Shown here: positions 24,093 to 38,337 of the stretch, in pieces
Numbering within the stretch: position 1 is the stretch's first letter
Layout: each line of letters begins with the position of its first letter
Assembly: GCA_951406725.2 (NCBI GenBank)
Contig: OX597821.1
Coordinates: forward strand, 40,982,001 to 41,046,000
Length of the DNA stretch: 64,000 nt
Direction of reading: 5' to 3'
Source: Octopus vulgaris
Lineage: Eukaryota
Notes under the pieces: generated by a model
Seen by the model: only the letters and a program-made list of their open reading frames with translations
Database searches by the model: none
Told to the model about the DNA's origin: nothing
Made by a program: the position numbers and the translations under genes

Positions 24093-24193
24093 TGGTGGTG
24101 ACTCTACTGACAAACATACAAGTGTATTTTTCCTGACTCTTATACGGCTTACACACACACACACTCACACACACTCACATACACACACACACA

Positions 24194-24228
<35 letters not shown>

Positions 24229-24645
24229 TGTGGATGAGCATTTTCCTCACACATCCTGGCACGCAGATTCTAATGTTGTTGTAATATATATTGACCCTTT
24301 ATTCTGTTCCCTCTGGACAACAACTGTCTTTTTATAGGCCACAGTATTTGCTTCATGTTTCAGTCCACTCCACAAATCAAAAAATTGTTTCACATTCCTG
24401 TTATGCCATGTGCTTTGAGGGACATTTGGCAGCTATTTTCAGCAGACCATGTGACTTTTAGAGGTCGCTTCATCAGGTCATGAGTTTTATGATGAAGCAG
24501 CTGCTTCAGACCTTACAGGGCAACTCTGATTTTGCAGTAGAGCTGGAGCTGAATATTAAATCAACATGTTTTATTGTTTTATTGCCCTGGCTAAGTCCCA
24601 TTCACATGAAAAATGTGGTATTTTGCTGAGGACGATGACATTTTG

Positions 24646-24765
24646 GAGGAGGAGAAAGAAGAGGAGGAAGAGAAAGAAGAGGAGGAAGAGAAAGAAGAGA
24701 AGGAAGAGAAAGAAGAGGAGGAGGAGGAGGGAAGAAGAGGACGAGGAGGAAGAAGAGGCGGAGGT
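24646..24765. repeat. Purine-rich (GAG/GAA) repeat containing an 18 bp unit
   Basis: Directly visible. Confidence 0.9.
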
Positions 24766-24979
24766 GGATGGTAGATGTGCAAAATTTAAGAAACTACTCA
24801 CTCGTGCACATAAGCCCGTATATGCACAGAGTTAGAGATAATGTTCATGTGCGTGTGTGTATGTGTGGGTGTGAGTGTGGGTGTGTGCATGTGTGTATGC
24901 ACACATGTGTGTGTACCATAATTGCTTAATGCCAGTTCCATCTTGGTATAAAATCTGTAAATCAATTTTAATGTGTATG

Positions 24980-25009
24980 TACATATGAGTGCGTGTATGT
25001 GTGTGTGTT

Positions 25010-25041
<32 letters not shown>

Positions 25042-25172
25042 CATACACATATATAGGTAGATACATACATACATACATATTTACATGTGTACAGATAAAC
25101 GCACACATATATATATCACATATGCATGTATATATGTATATATATGTATATGCATGCATACATGTGTATGTG

Positions 25173-25219
<47 letters not shown>

Positions 25220-25222
25220 ATG

Positions 25223-25273
<51 letters not shown>

Positions 25274-25292
25274 GTATATACATACTTATATA
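24980..25292. repeat. Compound (TG)/(TA)/(TACA) microsatellite
   Basis: Directly visible. Confidence 0.95.
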
Positions 25293-25998
25293 ATATAAGT
25301 GTGCGCACAAACACATGCTATGTACATATATTATGTGTATCTGACAAGAAGATTTGACTGTGAAAGCAATTTCTTACTCTACTTATGTGGATGAACATAT
25401 AAGACACAGGCTTAAAGAGTAGATATCAGTGAAACCCTCTTTAATGATAATATTTCAACTATTATTACAAATTTTGCGTAGTTCAAGCTTTAGACATGAA
25501 AAAGATGTTTTAATGAAAATCAATATATATATATTTAAATATTAAGGGAACTAAGTCCTAAATATGTGAGATGTTGGCCAATTACAGATTGGAGAAATAT
25601 TAAGAATAAAAATGTAAAGAAAAGTTTGTGACAGTTAAAGAGATAGTTTAGACAATAAAGATGCATCGAAACACACTTTTACATTGATTGGTATTTTGAG
25701 GTGTGAGCAAGTGATCAAAGAATAATGCTGAGCCTGGGGTACATCAGATGAGCCCAGAAATTCTACTTCTGAGTCCAGATCAAAAGCTATTGTTATAATA
25801 GTGAAGCAAAGAGAACAATCAGCCAGAGTCTGTAGCTTATTAGAGATTCTGTGTAAGCTATTCAGTCAAATGGTCATATGGACGTGATGAATTTGTTGCT
25901 TTGAAACAAAATCTGCAGTTTCTTCACTAATTCATAGTAGATGTTCCCTTTTACTAGAATTGAAGAAAAACCATTCATATGTACTGTGTAGCTGAAAT

Positions 25999-26414
25999 CC
26001 TATTTCTTTACTACCCACAAGGGGCTAAACAGAGAAAGGACAAACAAGGACACACAAATGGATTAAGTCGATTATATCGACCTCAGTGCGTAACTGGTAC
26101 TTATTTAATCTACCCCGAAAGGATGAAAGGCAAAGTCGACCTCACCAGAATTTGAACTCAGAACGTAACGGCAGACAAAATACCTATTTCTTTACTACCC
26201 ACAAGGGGCTAAACACAGAGGGGACAAACAAGGACAGACAAATGGATTAAGTCGATTATATCGACCTCAGTGCGTAACTGTTACTTATTTAATCAACCCC
26301 GAAAGGATGAAAGGCAAAGTTGACCTCAGCAGAATTTGAACTCAGAACGTAACTGCAGACGAAATACTGCTAAGCGTTTCGCCTGGTGTGCTAACGTTTC
26401 TGCCAGCTCACCGC
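25999..26414 (-). mobile_element. SINE family B tandem partial dimer
   Basis: cctatttctttactacccacaagggg at 25999 and 26183 (184 bp period). Confidence 0.9.
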
Positions 26415-26721
26415 TGAAATCTGTAACATTTACATTTCTGTTGTGTAACTGGGAGTTGTACATTTTAGCTTGCCTTGTAGAATATACGTTATGTCTTTAA
26501 TTATTTTATTGAACGTATATACTGCATTGGATGTGTTGGTGACTGTGATACCATGGCATTTTGTAAACCTTGATTTTCTCTCTTTATGGAACTCATTTGA
26601 CTGGGAATTTTTTGAAGCTTGTAAAAGTGTTGCTGCCCTCTTCATTGGTCTAGTATCATGTTGCCATAGTAATTGTTTGGGGTGGAAGGAGAATGTGATA
26701 ATGAAGTGTGGGGGTGAGAAA

Positions 26722-26955
26722 AAAGGCTGCGAGCTGGCAGAAACGTTAGCACGCCAGGCGAAATGCATAGCCGTATTTCGTCTGCCGTTACGTTCTGAGT
26801 TCAAATTCCGTCGAGGTCGACTTTGCCTTTCATCCTTTCGGGGTCGATTAAATAAGTACCAGTTACGCACTGGAGTCGATGTAATCGACTTAATCCGTTT
26901 GTCTGTCCTTGTTTGTCCCCTCTGTGTTTAGCCCCTTGTGGGTAGTAAAGAAATA
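26722..26955 (+). mobile_element. SINE family B, full length, with diverged target-site duplication
   Basis: Family sequence; gaagtgtgggg...gaaaaaa on both sides. Confidence 0.9.
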
Positions 26956-27269
26956 GAAGTGTGGGGAAGGGAAAAAATGACAGAGAAGTGTTGCAGTTGA
27001 TTTGGTGAGGTATGTGAGTGTGTGTGTGTGTGTGTGTGCACGCAATAGTGTAGATTATATAGAAGGCAAAGGGAGTTGAGCAACAGTATAACATTTATTT
27101 AGTCCTAGAAGAATGAGAACTCATTGATTAAAAACAACCATTTTTATTGATGTTCCAAGAATACGGGACAAAGAAGTGATGATGGAATTCAGTCAGTCTG
27201 TTACATCTGCACCATCATTATCTGATGATTGAAATGTTCCACTAGTATTCCTTAACAGCAAGGAACTTT

Positions 27270-27455
27270 AGTGGAATATTTTACTGTTAAATACATCAGT
27301 ATATTTCGGTTTTGGTGTGCATTTTAGATGCCCATCAGAACAATCCTTCCTGTGAATATTATTGTAAATAGGTTTGGCAACTATGTCCCATCTCATGAAA
27401 GAGTAGGGTCTTATAAACATCTTGGGAGCAGCTACTGATGGTCTGAGCACTGCAT
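27270..27455 (-). pseudogene. Very decayed Dong/R4-like zinc-knuckle region
   Basis: TISSC/PKM.IRPYSFMRWDIVAKPIYNNIHRKDC resembles the HI.S.C...Y..RH..VA motif; needs a frameshift. Confidence 0.45.
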
Positions 27456-27667
27456 TCTACACAGATATAGGGCCCAAACAACATACTTATCTTTTTTGCT
27501 TGCGTGTATATTTGTATATATATGTATTAGGCTTGCATGGCTGCATGTATGTGTGTATACATTTGTGTGCATGCATGAATATATATATATATATATTTAT
27601 ATACGTATGTATCTGTATATTATGTGTGCTGTATGCATGCTTACTTGCATGTATATATATATGCATT

Positions 27668-27710
<43 letters not shown>

Positions 27711-27961
27711 CATGCATGTATGTTTGTATGTATGCATGTACGTTTATGTGTATTCTTGCTTTTTTGTTTCCGAATTTCTCACCAATATTGAAAGAGGCAG
27801 TTTCTTGCCTAGAAACAAGATTCTTTCATTGGAAGTTAGACAACATCAAACAGCATCAAACAGGGTAGTCTTGTATAGGTGTATGCATGCATACATGCAT
27901 GTATGTATGTATGCATGCATGCATGTATGTATGTATGCATTTATGTATGAGTGTATGAGTG

Positions 27962-28005
<44 letters not shown>

Positions 28006-28531
28006 TTATATATGTATGTATTATGTATTTATGTATGCATGTGTATGTCTAAATGAATGTATATGTATGTATTGTTATGATGTATATTTCTGTCTCTCTC
28101 TCTCTTTAAGCATGTGTGTGTGTATGTGTGTATATGCATTATGTATGAGCAAGCAGTATAAGCCTCAGAACAAATCTATTTGTACCACTCCTTGAAAACA
28201 TATTCAATCACAGCCACTTTAAATGGTGTAGACTCCATCTAGGCAGCACACGTTATAGCATAGATGCCACATTATACAGGATAAATTGACTTAGAGAACA
28301 ATGACCGGCCGACACAACAGCATCTGTTTTATTTGTGAATCTGTTGCTTTGATAGCAGTCAGGTGTATTGCAGACAGGCAGGAGTGGCTCCGGTGGAAGC
28401 ACAGCAGACAGAAGATCATGTCTGGGTTTTTGAAGAACAGGTTGCTTTCAACTTTTGTGACATATTAACAGCTTTGTAGTATTCAATATTTTGATAACAT
28501 AAAAAATTAAAATATGATAAAGTAGCCGTAT

Positions 28532-28910
28532 AGGCGTAGCTGTGGCTGTGTGGTAAGAAGTTTGCTTGCCAACCGCATGGCTCCAGGTTCAGTCCCACTG
28601 CGGGGTACCTTGAGCTTGTGTCCCCTACTGTAGCCTCAGGCTGATCAAAACCTTGTGAGTGGGTTTGGTAGACAGAAACTGAAAGAAACCAGCCATGTGT
28701 GTGTGTGTCTTTGTGCTTGTTTGTCCCCGCTACTTGACAACCGGTGTCTGTATGTTTACATCCCTGTCACTTAGTGGTTTAGCAAAAGAGAAAGATAAAA
28801 TAAGTACCAGGCTTTAAATATAAGTTCTGGGGGTGATTTATTCGACTAAAACACTTCAAGGCAAGGCTGCCCCAGCATGGCCACAGTCTAATGACTGAAA
28901 CAAGTAAAAT
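28532..28910 (+). mobile_element. SINE family A
   Basis: Family sequence. Confidence 0.88.
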
Positions 28911-31760
28911 ATCAAAGATATTTGAGTAATATAAATATCTTCTCCATCAATTTAATAACAGAGAATACATATCTTTATTTCTTTATTGCCCACAAGGGGC
29001 TAAACATAGAGGGGACAAACAAGGACAGACAAAAGGATTAAGTCGACTATATCAACCTCAGTGTGTAACTGGTACTTATTTAATCTGCCAGAAAATACAC
29101 ATTGCCATTTACATTGGTGAGATGTGGTGCGACTTCATCTGAAAATATCTTACCATTTGTAGAATCAGTGGCACCAACCAATGCTGGTGATATAAATGAA
29201 CTTAGCAATGTTTTAGCATCAATCCAATCATTGTATTCCTGTCCCCACCGTCTCCCACTCGCTTTTACCCTCTCACAAACTTTCCTACCCACTCACCCTA
29301 ACCCACTACACTCAGATGTTCTGTCCTGTAACTTGAGACTGCACCCTGACATATCTGTCCCCATCTCGCCTCCCTCTCCTCACCTGAGGTAGCCATGTCT
29401 CTTGTCTACTGCAAGACACCTGTTTCTATCCCTTTCTCATGCCCGAACCTCAGATCATTTAGCATAAAACCACCCCCACCCCCAACACTATCCCCCACTC
29501 AGTTGAGGGATCTTGTCTTGAAAATTACTCCATGATGTTGGTATCTTGTACAATGCACCCAGTACACTCTGTAAAGTGGTTGGCATCAGGAAGGGCGTCC
29601 AGTTGTAGAAACCATGCCAGAGCAGACAATGGAATATGGTGTGGCTCCTGATCTGCCGGTTCCTGTCAAACTGTCCAACTCAAGCCAACATGGAAGACGG
29701 ACGTTAAATGATGATGATGACACTGACATTTACAATGAATATTTTTAGTCAAGCTTTTTAATGAAGATATAGCATAATTTATTTTCTTGGTAAAATCCTC
29801 AACTCTTTCTGGTCTTGTATTCTTGGAACCTCAATAAAAACGGTTGTTCTGTCCACTGAGTTCTCATTTTCTTAGGGCTGAATAAATATTACACTGTTGC
29901 TGAATGTCCTTTACATTCTATGTAATCTCTCTCACTCTACACACACACCTCACCAAATTAATTGCAACATTTCTCTGTCATTATTTCCCACCCCTCACAC
30001 TTAATTGCTCTCACTCTCAATCTCCATGAGAACTATATTAAAAGTATGTGTCTTTGTAGGGTGCTCTGCTACTTGCACACGAGTTGGCTGTTCTGCTGAT
30101 TCGATGATCAACTGGGGCCCCTTGACATCATAACAAATGGAGAGCCAGTTTTATCTCTCTTTTCTGTTTTTTTTTTCTTTTTTATATACTTTCGCAAAGC
30201 AAACAGACATCACACATTCACATCTGCCATTCTTCAGATGCTACAGTTTAACTGTTGCAACTCTACTTATATCACCAAGAAATCTGGCTTGGCAAAGATA
30301 GATTTAAAGCAACACCTACCAAATCCACCACTGTCTTCCTTCTTATCAACAACACCAGAAAACAGCTTGTAGATGTTGTTAACATAACTGCAGATATTAT
30401 CACTGATGTTTCAGTAGATACTAGTATTGCTAATATTTTCTAACTCAAAATTAAATGTGCATCAATACTTTAGAGTCAAGAGTGTAATTGAATTTCAAGA
30501 AAAGAAAAACAGACAAATCAAAATGGTTTTAATATGTTACTTCACGGGTTGGTAGGATTTGCAATTTAAATGTAATTTTCCTGGTATCAGCCACTGAAGA
30601 AAATAGCATTCATGTTTTGAATTAGCATAACAGTTTTATGCAACAATTTTGCTTCAAATGTGTTTTATTTCTTCAACAGTTTTAACAAAAAAAAAAAAGA
30701 AAAGAAAATGTCCACCTACTTTTTACTGTTGGTTTAGAATAGATAAGTCAAAACGAGAATCGCTTTTACTATTTTCTTCAAACTTCAATTATTTTTCACT
30801 AATTAATCTTTTTGGAGTATCTGAATAATTATTTGTTTAAATTTGTTTTCTTCATGTAATTTTTTGAACATCTATTTGTAATTCCTTTACTGTTTGTACT
30901 AATAGTTAGTCAAGGAAACAAATTTGATTGAAAAATGCATCACTTAAAGTTTTAACTGCAATAAACTAATTCCACACACAATGGTAAACAGGAAATGGTA
31001 AATTACCAGACTGACTGAATATCTGATACTATTTATAAAGGTCCATCTACATTCTGAGATCAAATCCTGACAGAGCTGTTTTTGTTTTATATTTCTCTAG
31101 AGTCAGTGAGATAATGTAGTAGATAATGATTGAGACCAATGCAGTCCAATCAGGCCCACCTCCTATGACAGAGATTTGTTGTTGTTTTTCACATCTAGGT
31201 TAATTGCAATCAAGCATCTCTTTGGTCAAAGTCATTCTAGTTGTGACCATTCTGCTTTCATTTCAGGACTACTAATACATCCTTTTTGGGGTTTTTTAAG
31301 GTGGTAGAAGATGATTCAAGGAGATATTTGGTTGTTATTTCCAGCAGGTTGAATAAACATGAAAGGAAATCCTCGTTGACTTGTCAAAGTTTGTCAAAGA
31401 ACAGTTTGTTAATCTGGAAATCCAAATTGTAGTAAATGAAAAATCTTTGGCCAACAGGATCTGATACCAGGTTTTTACTCTCAATATGAGACAACTTGTT
31501 ATCCCTAATACTGTTTGGAAAAGTATGAAGGTCACAATATCCCCTTGATTCTGTTCTTATTGAAAACTATTTTTAAAACAGGATCAATTGAAAACCTGTT
31601 ATTTCCTTTGCGCTGTGTCTTTTTACATTTTGGATTTGGAATCTTTTTCAACTTCTTCAGCCACAGACTATAGATAGTCAGATGGTGTGGAATTCTCTTA
31701 AGGTAGATATCTTATTGAATAATTTTCCATTATTATATTTTAGGAGAAGAACACCTTTAA

Positions 31761-31981
31761 CCCTTTCGTTACTGCATTTATTTTGAGATGCTCTGTGTTT
31801 CTTTCAATTATTTTAAATATAATAAAGAATTTAGTAAAATAACTTAGTTATCATTAAACTATTGTTAGGAACATAAATTGTGACTAAAGTTTGGTGGAAG
31901 ATTTTAATTCAAAACTTATGAAAACAAGACATTTGTACTAGAGAACCAGAGCCGGTTTCAGCCAGGTTGGTAACGAAAGGG
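31761..31981. mobile_element. piggyBac-type MITE, 221 bp
   Basis: TTAA on both sides; TIRs ccctttcgttac/gtaacgaaaggg. Confidence 0.88.
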
Positions 31982-32859
31982 TTAAGTGACTTGAAGAAGT
32001 TTGCTGTTAGAAGCTATTTCCATTGGAAATAACTTGTCTTCAAGTGCTGCTGCCATCACAAACAAGAATGCTTTGTTGCTAGCTACTCTATGCTTATTAA
32101 AGCAACTAGGATATTTTTTTTTTTGCAACCATACGGATAAATAACATAATTTATCATATTTATATCATGCAAAAGTGAGATAATCAATCGTTCAACTTTT
32201 CCTAATCAGATGTATCCAGAAATATGTGATTAATCTGATTGATTCCAAAGAAAGGTCTTTCTAAGCCATAGCTATGATAGTATTTTAGTTCAACACAGCA
32301 GATCAATGAATTATTCATTAATTGTGTAGTAATCTTGATGTGTATAGCAGTAAGCTAAACTTGTATATCGTATCTGTTTACAACAAGGTGGACGATGCCA
32401 GCAAAAGTTAAGTAGCTTTGGCATGGATATGTGATACGAAAATGGAATGCAAATCATTGATTTTTAACTGGTTCATTGTTATCTTATTGATTATCCTTAG
32501 ATCTATTCACTGTAATATCTAAGCAGATATATCAATTTAGTTTAAATGGAGATTATTGATAGAGATTGCCATGACACCTCTCATTGTTATATTTTAAAAT
32601 ATATATATATATATATATATATAAAGATTAATAATTCCATCAAAATAATATTTGACATGAGCAGCTTAAACAAAATTGTGAGTTGCAAATACTTTAGAGC
32701 AAATGAAATATAAGTTGGTGCTGGAAGAGAGTTTAAGTTGCTCAGGATATTTAACTAAATATCAATATTTATCTATGGTTAGACACAATGGTGATTACAA
32801 GAAACTGTTAAAATTATCTGCAATAACAATGTAGAATTATTATTATTATTGTGATTATT

Positions 32860-32893
<34 letters not shown>

Positions 32894-33623
32894 CCACCAC
32901 CACCATCATCATCATCATCCTTATTATTGTTGTTGTTGTTGTTGTTGTTATTGTTATTGCTATTATTAGCAATAGAGATGGGTGAATAGCTGTCAGTATA
33001 TCAATGGGAAAGCACTTATCTGTGAAGTTAATGCTCTATTACACAGTATTGTACTGCAAGTGACGTATGATTTCGACTGCTTTGAGAAGTTTGGTGTGAT
33101 ATCAGATGGAGCCGATCAGAACAACCTCACATATGTCAGCAGGGTAGAACAGATATTAATCCATTGATACGGCTGGGTATGGTGATGAGGATGATAACAA
33201 CAACAACAACAAAGACAATGTAGAGAATGGTAAGAAAGCTGGTGGGAAGGAGAGAGTGTAAATAACAAATATGCCAATATAGATTCTCGGTTGACCAAAT
33301 TGATAGGATATCTCTATAAAACTTTCAAGGTTTGTATCTCATAACTAACAGTTTACTGTCAGTTACTGGGAGCACCTGCCTCTCACAGATACACAGGCTC
33401 TGGCAGTAAATAGTCATTATGGGTGGACACAGTAGGAAAGTCTTATAATCATTAATGTTTTGTTCATTTGCAGGGCTGTGTTTCAATCCTCCTTTTAGCT
33501 GCCTTTAACCATTAATAGAAGCACTCATATTGTTTAATCAGTTTTATCATTGTCCTAATCAAGTCATCTTACTATGAATTAATTACAACAAAGAACAATA
33601 TTGTTTGGGGTTATTATACAAAA

Positions 33624-33859
33624 TTAAAAGGCGGCGAGCTGGCAGAAACATTAGCGCGCTGGGCGAAAAGCTTAGCAGTATTTCGTCTGTCATTACATTC
33701 TGAGTTCAAATTCTGCTGAGGTCGACTTTGCCTTTCATCTTTCGGGGTCGATAAATTAAGTACCAGTTTTGCACTGGGGTCGATGTAATCTACTTAATCC
33801 CTTTGTCTGTCCTTGTTTGTCCCCTCTATGTTTAGCCCCTTGTGGGCAGTAAAGAAATA
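33624..33859 (+). mobile_element. SINE family B with 12 bp TSD
   Basis: tattatacaaaa at 33612-33623 and 33860-33871. Confidence 0.92.
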
Positions 33860-34674
33860 TATTATACAAAAGCAAACCATTATCTGAAATGGTAAAGAAA
33901 CAGAGTAAATTTCTCAAATTCTTCATTCAAATTTCCCTAAAAGAAAAGCAGACCTTTTTTGGTTGATAAAATAAATACAAATTAAACAGAACTGGAATAT
34001 AGAAACAACACTCATTCCTACATGTGTAAAAGAAAACAATATTTTGTAGTAGAATGCAATTGTGTCATGTAATGTAACTGATATGATTTCCTTTTAGACT
34101 CGCTCTTTGTATGAGAACCAACTTTCTTTGACCATTACCTGACCCTTATTAGTATCTAATCATAATTAGAATTTGACCATTATCTAATCGCTATTGTTAT
34201 GCTGCAAAAGGTAGTGAATTGCAGAGTTGTTTGAGACTTACTTCCTGGTATTTGTTCCAGCTCTTTATGTTCCGAAATCAAATCTCATCACGGCTGCCTT
34301 CATCATCAATCCTTTCAGGTGTCAATATGATAAAACAACCATCAACTTCTGGATTTGATGACATGGAGAGAACCCTCCCCTCAAAGTTGTTGACCTTGTA
34401 TCTAAATTACAAACCATTGTTAGTAGAGTGGCAGTGAGAGTTGCTGTGATTGTTGCTCTTATTCGTGCCTCTGCTGCAAAGCCTTTTTGTCCATTCCATT
34501 CCAATTTTAATCAGTCCAGGCACCAAAATCAGTGGCACTCCTGCTTCCACAAGCATTTAGGTGTCGTCATTGACAATGTCAGTCTGTTTTATGCTGATGA
34601 CAAAGCACAGCGCAAAACACACAACAGAATCTATTTTCGGTCCTTCTGCCTAAGTGGCCGCTTTGACATCTTTT

Positions 34675-35350
34675 ATCTTTTGTTGTTCACTTGTTTCAGT
34701 TACAAGACTGCTGCCATGCTGGAGCACTACCTTGAAGAATTTTGAGTTTATTGAATCAACCCTGGTACTTACTCTCTCTCTCTCACTCTCTCATTTTTAA
34801 GCCTGGCGATTATTCTATTGGTCCCTCTTGCCAAACCGCTAAGTCACAGGGATGTAAACACACTAACACTGGTTATCAAGCAGTAGTGAGAGACAAATAC
34901 AGGCACAGAGACATGCGTGCACACACACACACACACACACACATACACATACATGCATATACATATAAAGTAATCCCTCGACTATCGCAGGTGTTACGTT
35001 CCAAAACGTTCCGGCGATAGGGAGAAATCTGAAAAGTAGAAACAGTACGGTATATATATATCTAATTTATTATAAATGCAACACAACACCACAAAGGAAT
35101 CAACATAAGCATAAATAATAATAGGTGAACCATGATAAGTGAACCACGAGGGTGAACTGCGATAGGTGAACCACGGTATGGTGAAGGATTATTGTATATA
35201 TATACAATGGCCTTCTTTCAGTTTCCGTCTACTGAAGCCACTCACAGGGCTGACCAGTCCAAAGTTATAGTAGAAGACTATTGCCATGCAGTGGGACTGA
35301 ACCTAAAACCATGTGGCTGAGAAGCAAACTTCTTACCACACAACCATGCC
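34675..35350 (-). mobile_element. SINE family A interrupted by a MITE
   Basis: Family sequence on both sides of 34968-35194. Confidence 0.85.
34968..35194. mobile_element. pogo/Tigger-like MITE
   Basis: TA flanks; degenerate TIRs aagtaatccctcgactatcgcag / ccacggtatggtgaaggattattg; internal gtgaac repeats. Confidence 0.65.
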
Positions 35351-36670
35351 AGCATCATGTGAGTGGATTTAGTGAGTGGAAGCTGAAGGCAATCCATCAT
35401 GTATGTGTGTATGTTCACCCTGCCCCTCTCATCACTGCTTATTTATTCTGCTAGAAACAGTGGCCAAATCTCCCTCAGACAACACTCTTTTGTTCTGAAT
35501 AAAAAAGGAAGGACATTGCATTGGCTAACATTGTTTTAGTCCTGAAAAATAACCAAATGGTCATGGTTGGAATGGCTACAGCCATAGATTTTCTCAATCA
35601 AGGTTAACATGAAGCTAAACAACACCAAGTAGACAATGAGGTACCTTAGCGTAGACATGGCTACAGTACTTGATCCTATCCAATCCCCTACAAAAGGGAC
35701 TTCCAACTTAGGCCATATATTTGGAGGGAAGTGAACAGACGAATGCCTCTTATATTCTTATCAGTCTCAGAGAAATCAAAAGTATTGTTGATTTCATTGG
35801 AATTAGAACTCAGAAATCAGAAGCCATAACTAAATTTTGTGAGCTATTTTAGTCTGCTGGCCGCCATTCCTGACAGGCTAATGTCTTTAACCTTTCACAT
35901 AAAATAAAATATCCTCCAAACACTAAAGTGACTCCAGCTGTCTACAACATCTCTCACCTTATCTTGCACCGTGTCAGAGAAGACCATTATAGTCATTGTT
36001 CTTCTTACTATTCTTGTCTTTTTCCTCAGTTGATCATTCTCAAAATACACTTCAATAAGAAGCTAAGATCTTAAGCCTTTAATGTGTATTCTGATCTCAT
36101 CAAACTTCTTTGAAATAAGCCTCTCATTAATTTCAAATTTCTAAGCATACTTCTTTCTGGAGATAAAAGAAACAAATTGATTATTTTCTTCTTTAAAAAT
36201 GGTTGCTGTTATTTTAAGATACACTTACTTGCTCTACAGAGCAGATTTTAGTTTATAATATTTCTTTATATCAATTTGTAAGTCAAATATCTCCAATTAT
36301 TTATTTAATGAGAGATTATAGCAGAAGTTTCATTTTTGATACAAATCATATATTTACAACCTGACTTAATCTCTAATCTGAACCAGAAAATTACTTCAGT
36401 TTGTTACTTATAAAATTGCTAAATGTTTGAACATTAACAATAAATTTTATTCCTTTCTTTATATGCTTAAACATGTTGCAGTATGTCTATTCTATTTCCA
36501 AGAACAACCCCTCTGACCTTACTGAACCGCAGACCATCACACTCACTTCTATCATTCCAAAGGGACTTGAGGCAGCTACTAAAAACTACCACCTTTTCCA
36601 ACACCTTTGAATTACTTTTTCTATTTTTTTAACCATCTAAAGTCAGATCTACTTGAAATATACTCTTTTA

Positions 36671-37062
36671 CTAGCAATATCGCCCGGCGTTGCTTGGGTT
36701 TGTTTCGCCCCTTTAGAATTGGAATTTTTAAAAAGTAAGAATTTTGCATTATGCAACTTGTTATTCTCTTTAAGTCAACATTTTTCTGGTTGATATACAC
36801 CGGAAAATGTCGACACAGCAGTCAAAATATGGTAAAAAATAGGGATTTTCATAGAAAAAAAGCGCCTTTTTGATGTAAATAATTTTTTGTGTTAACATGG
36901 TCCGATTTTAATTTTTTCTTCTACGGAAGGAAGAGCAAGCCTTCTTCTATCATAATCTCAATTTTGGTCAACTTGCACCGCAAGGTCTCGGAGGAGATAG
37001 TGTTAGTTGAAGGATACCAAACCTGCCATACACAGACAACTTCAGCTTTATATATAGAGAGA
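36671..37062 (-). mobile_element. Non-autonomous Helitron
   Basis: Minus strand begins TC(tctctatatataaag), ends with a GC-rich imperfect hairpin cccaagcaacgccggg then CTAG, sits between A and T, no TSD. Confidence 0.8.
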
Positions 37063-37503
37063 TGTCACTCATCAAGGAACTCTGAAGACCCAGACATTTG
37101 CTGAAAATTTTGCTGTTGTCCTAAACATGAGTAACACTCTTGACCATGTCCAGCTGGGGAATCATTTGGTAAATTTGTCTGCCTAAGGGCTCCGTCTTTT
37201 GAGTTTTGGTAACTTCCTGCAGAGCTTATTGATGGAACTTTCACTCACCCATTTTTTCTAAGCTCTGCATGAAATAAACGCATTAGCAATACAAAACATT
37301 TTGGTCAAGAAATAATGTTAAATTTTTGTCCTTGTTTATGAAAAAAGATAAACAAGCAAACAAGTGATAGTCTTCAACATTAATATTCGAATTACATAAA
37401 AAAAAATGTGTATCTTTAATGTACTCATTCACTACTTTTTGTAGTTTATCAACCTTCATACACACACACACACTCACACACACACATGTATTATTCCAAT
37501 TCT

Positions 37504-37873
37504 AGAATATTGTTGAGAGTGACTTCACAGTTTCAACCAACTAAACCATCCAACAATGGCTAAGCTGGCTGAAACTTTGCAGTCACTGTCAACAACATTC
37601 TTTGAAGTAAAGATTTTTGCTAACATAACATGGCAGTCCTGGTTTAGGACGAATGTTGCTGTAATTTACCCCCTGGAGACATTGTCTCCAGCTGGTTATA
37701 CAACATGATCTGCGTCCTTATATTTTTGAAAAAGCGAATATAAAGACACAGATCATGTCCTATAGCCTGCTGGAGATGGTGTCTCTTGGGACTAAATTAC
37801 AGCAACATTCATCCTAAACCAGGACTGCCATGTTATGTTGGCAAACAATCTTTACTCCAAAGTACTGTTGCTG
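37504..37873. repeat. Double fold-back (zig-zag) relic of a pseudo-LTR-like repeat
   Basis: Hairpin 37504-37601 with GAAACTTTGCAGTC; second hairpin with ~135 bp arms (37589-37725 and 37737-37873); related pieces at about 3390-3490 and 14440-14520. Confidence 0.8.
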
Positions 37874-38337
37874 AATATCTCTTGTTGTAAGATTTAAAAA
37901 ATAGTGAATAAGAATAATAAATTTATACCCTAGAAAACTAGGGAATAACCCATCAGATTAATGTAAAATTGTTTTATTATAACTTAACTTAAAAACAAAC
38001 ATTAATATATATATTTGTGTATGTATATGTTATAACTTTCGTTTGAAGCAGCTTAAATAATGTAAACATTATTATGATTTTACTTAATGTGTGTGTATGG
38101 TTAGATGGTGTGGAAGTGTAGTACATCAAAGCTTTAAAGAGGTCTACCCTGGACAAAGTACCGCCATTTCTCAATGTTTAACCACATACATACATCAAAT
38201 ATGTCATATTAATAATGTTTAAATATATACAAATACATGCATACATACACACGGAATATGAATGTATGTGTCTGTATGTATATATGTATGTATGTGTGTG
38301 TGTGTATGTCATCAAATATTTAGATAGATATGTCTGT

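Noticed and set aside
29080-29392. Possible exon or ORFs
   Set aside because: No recognisable motif; the apparent minus-strand GT...AG pair is only about 15 nt apart; flanked by repeats
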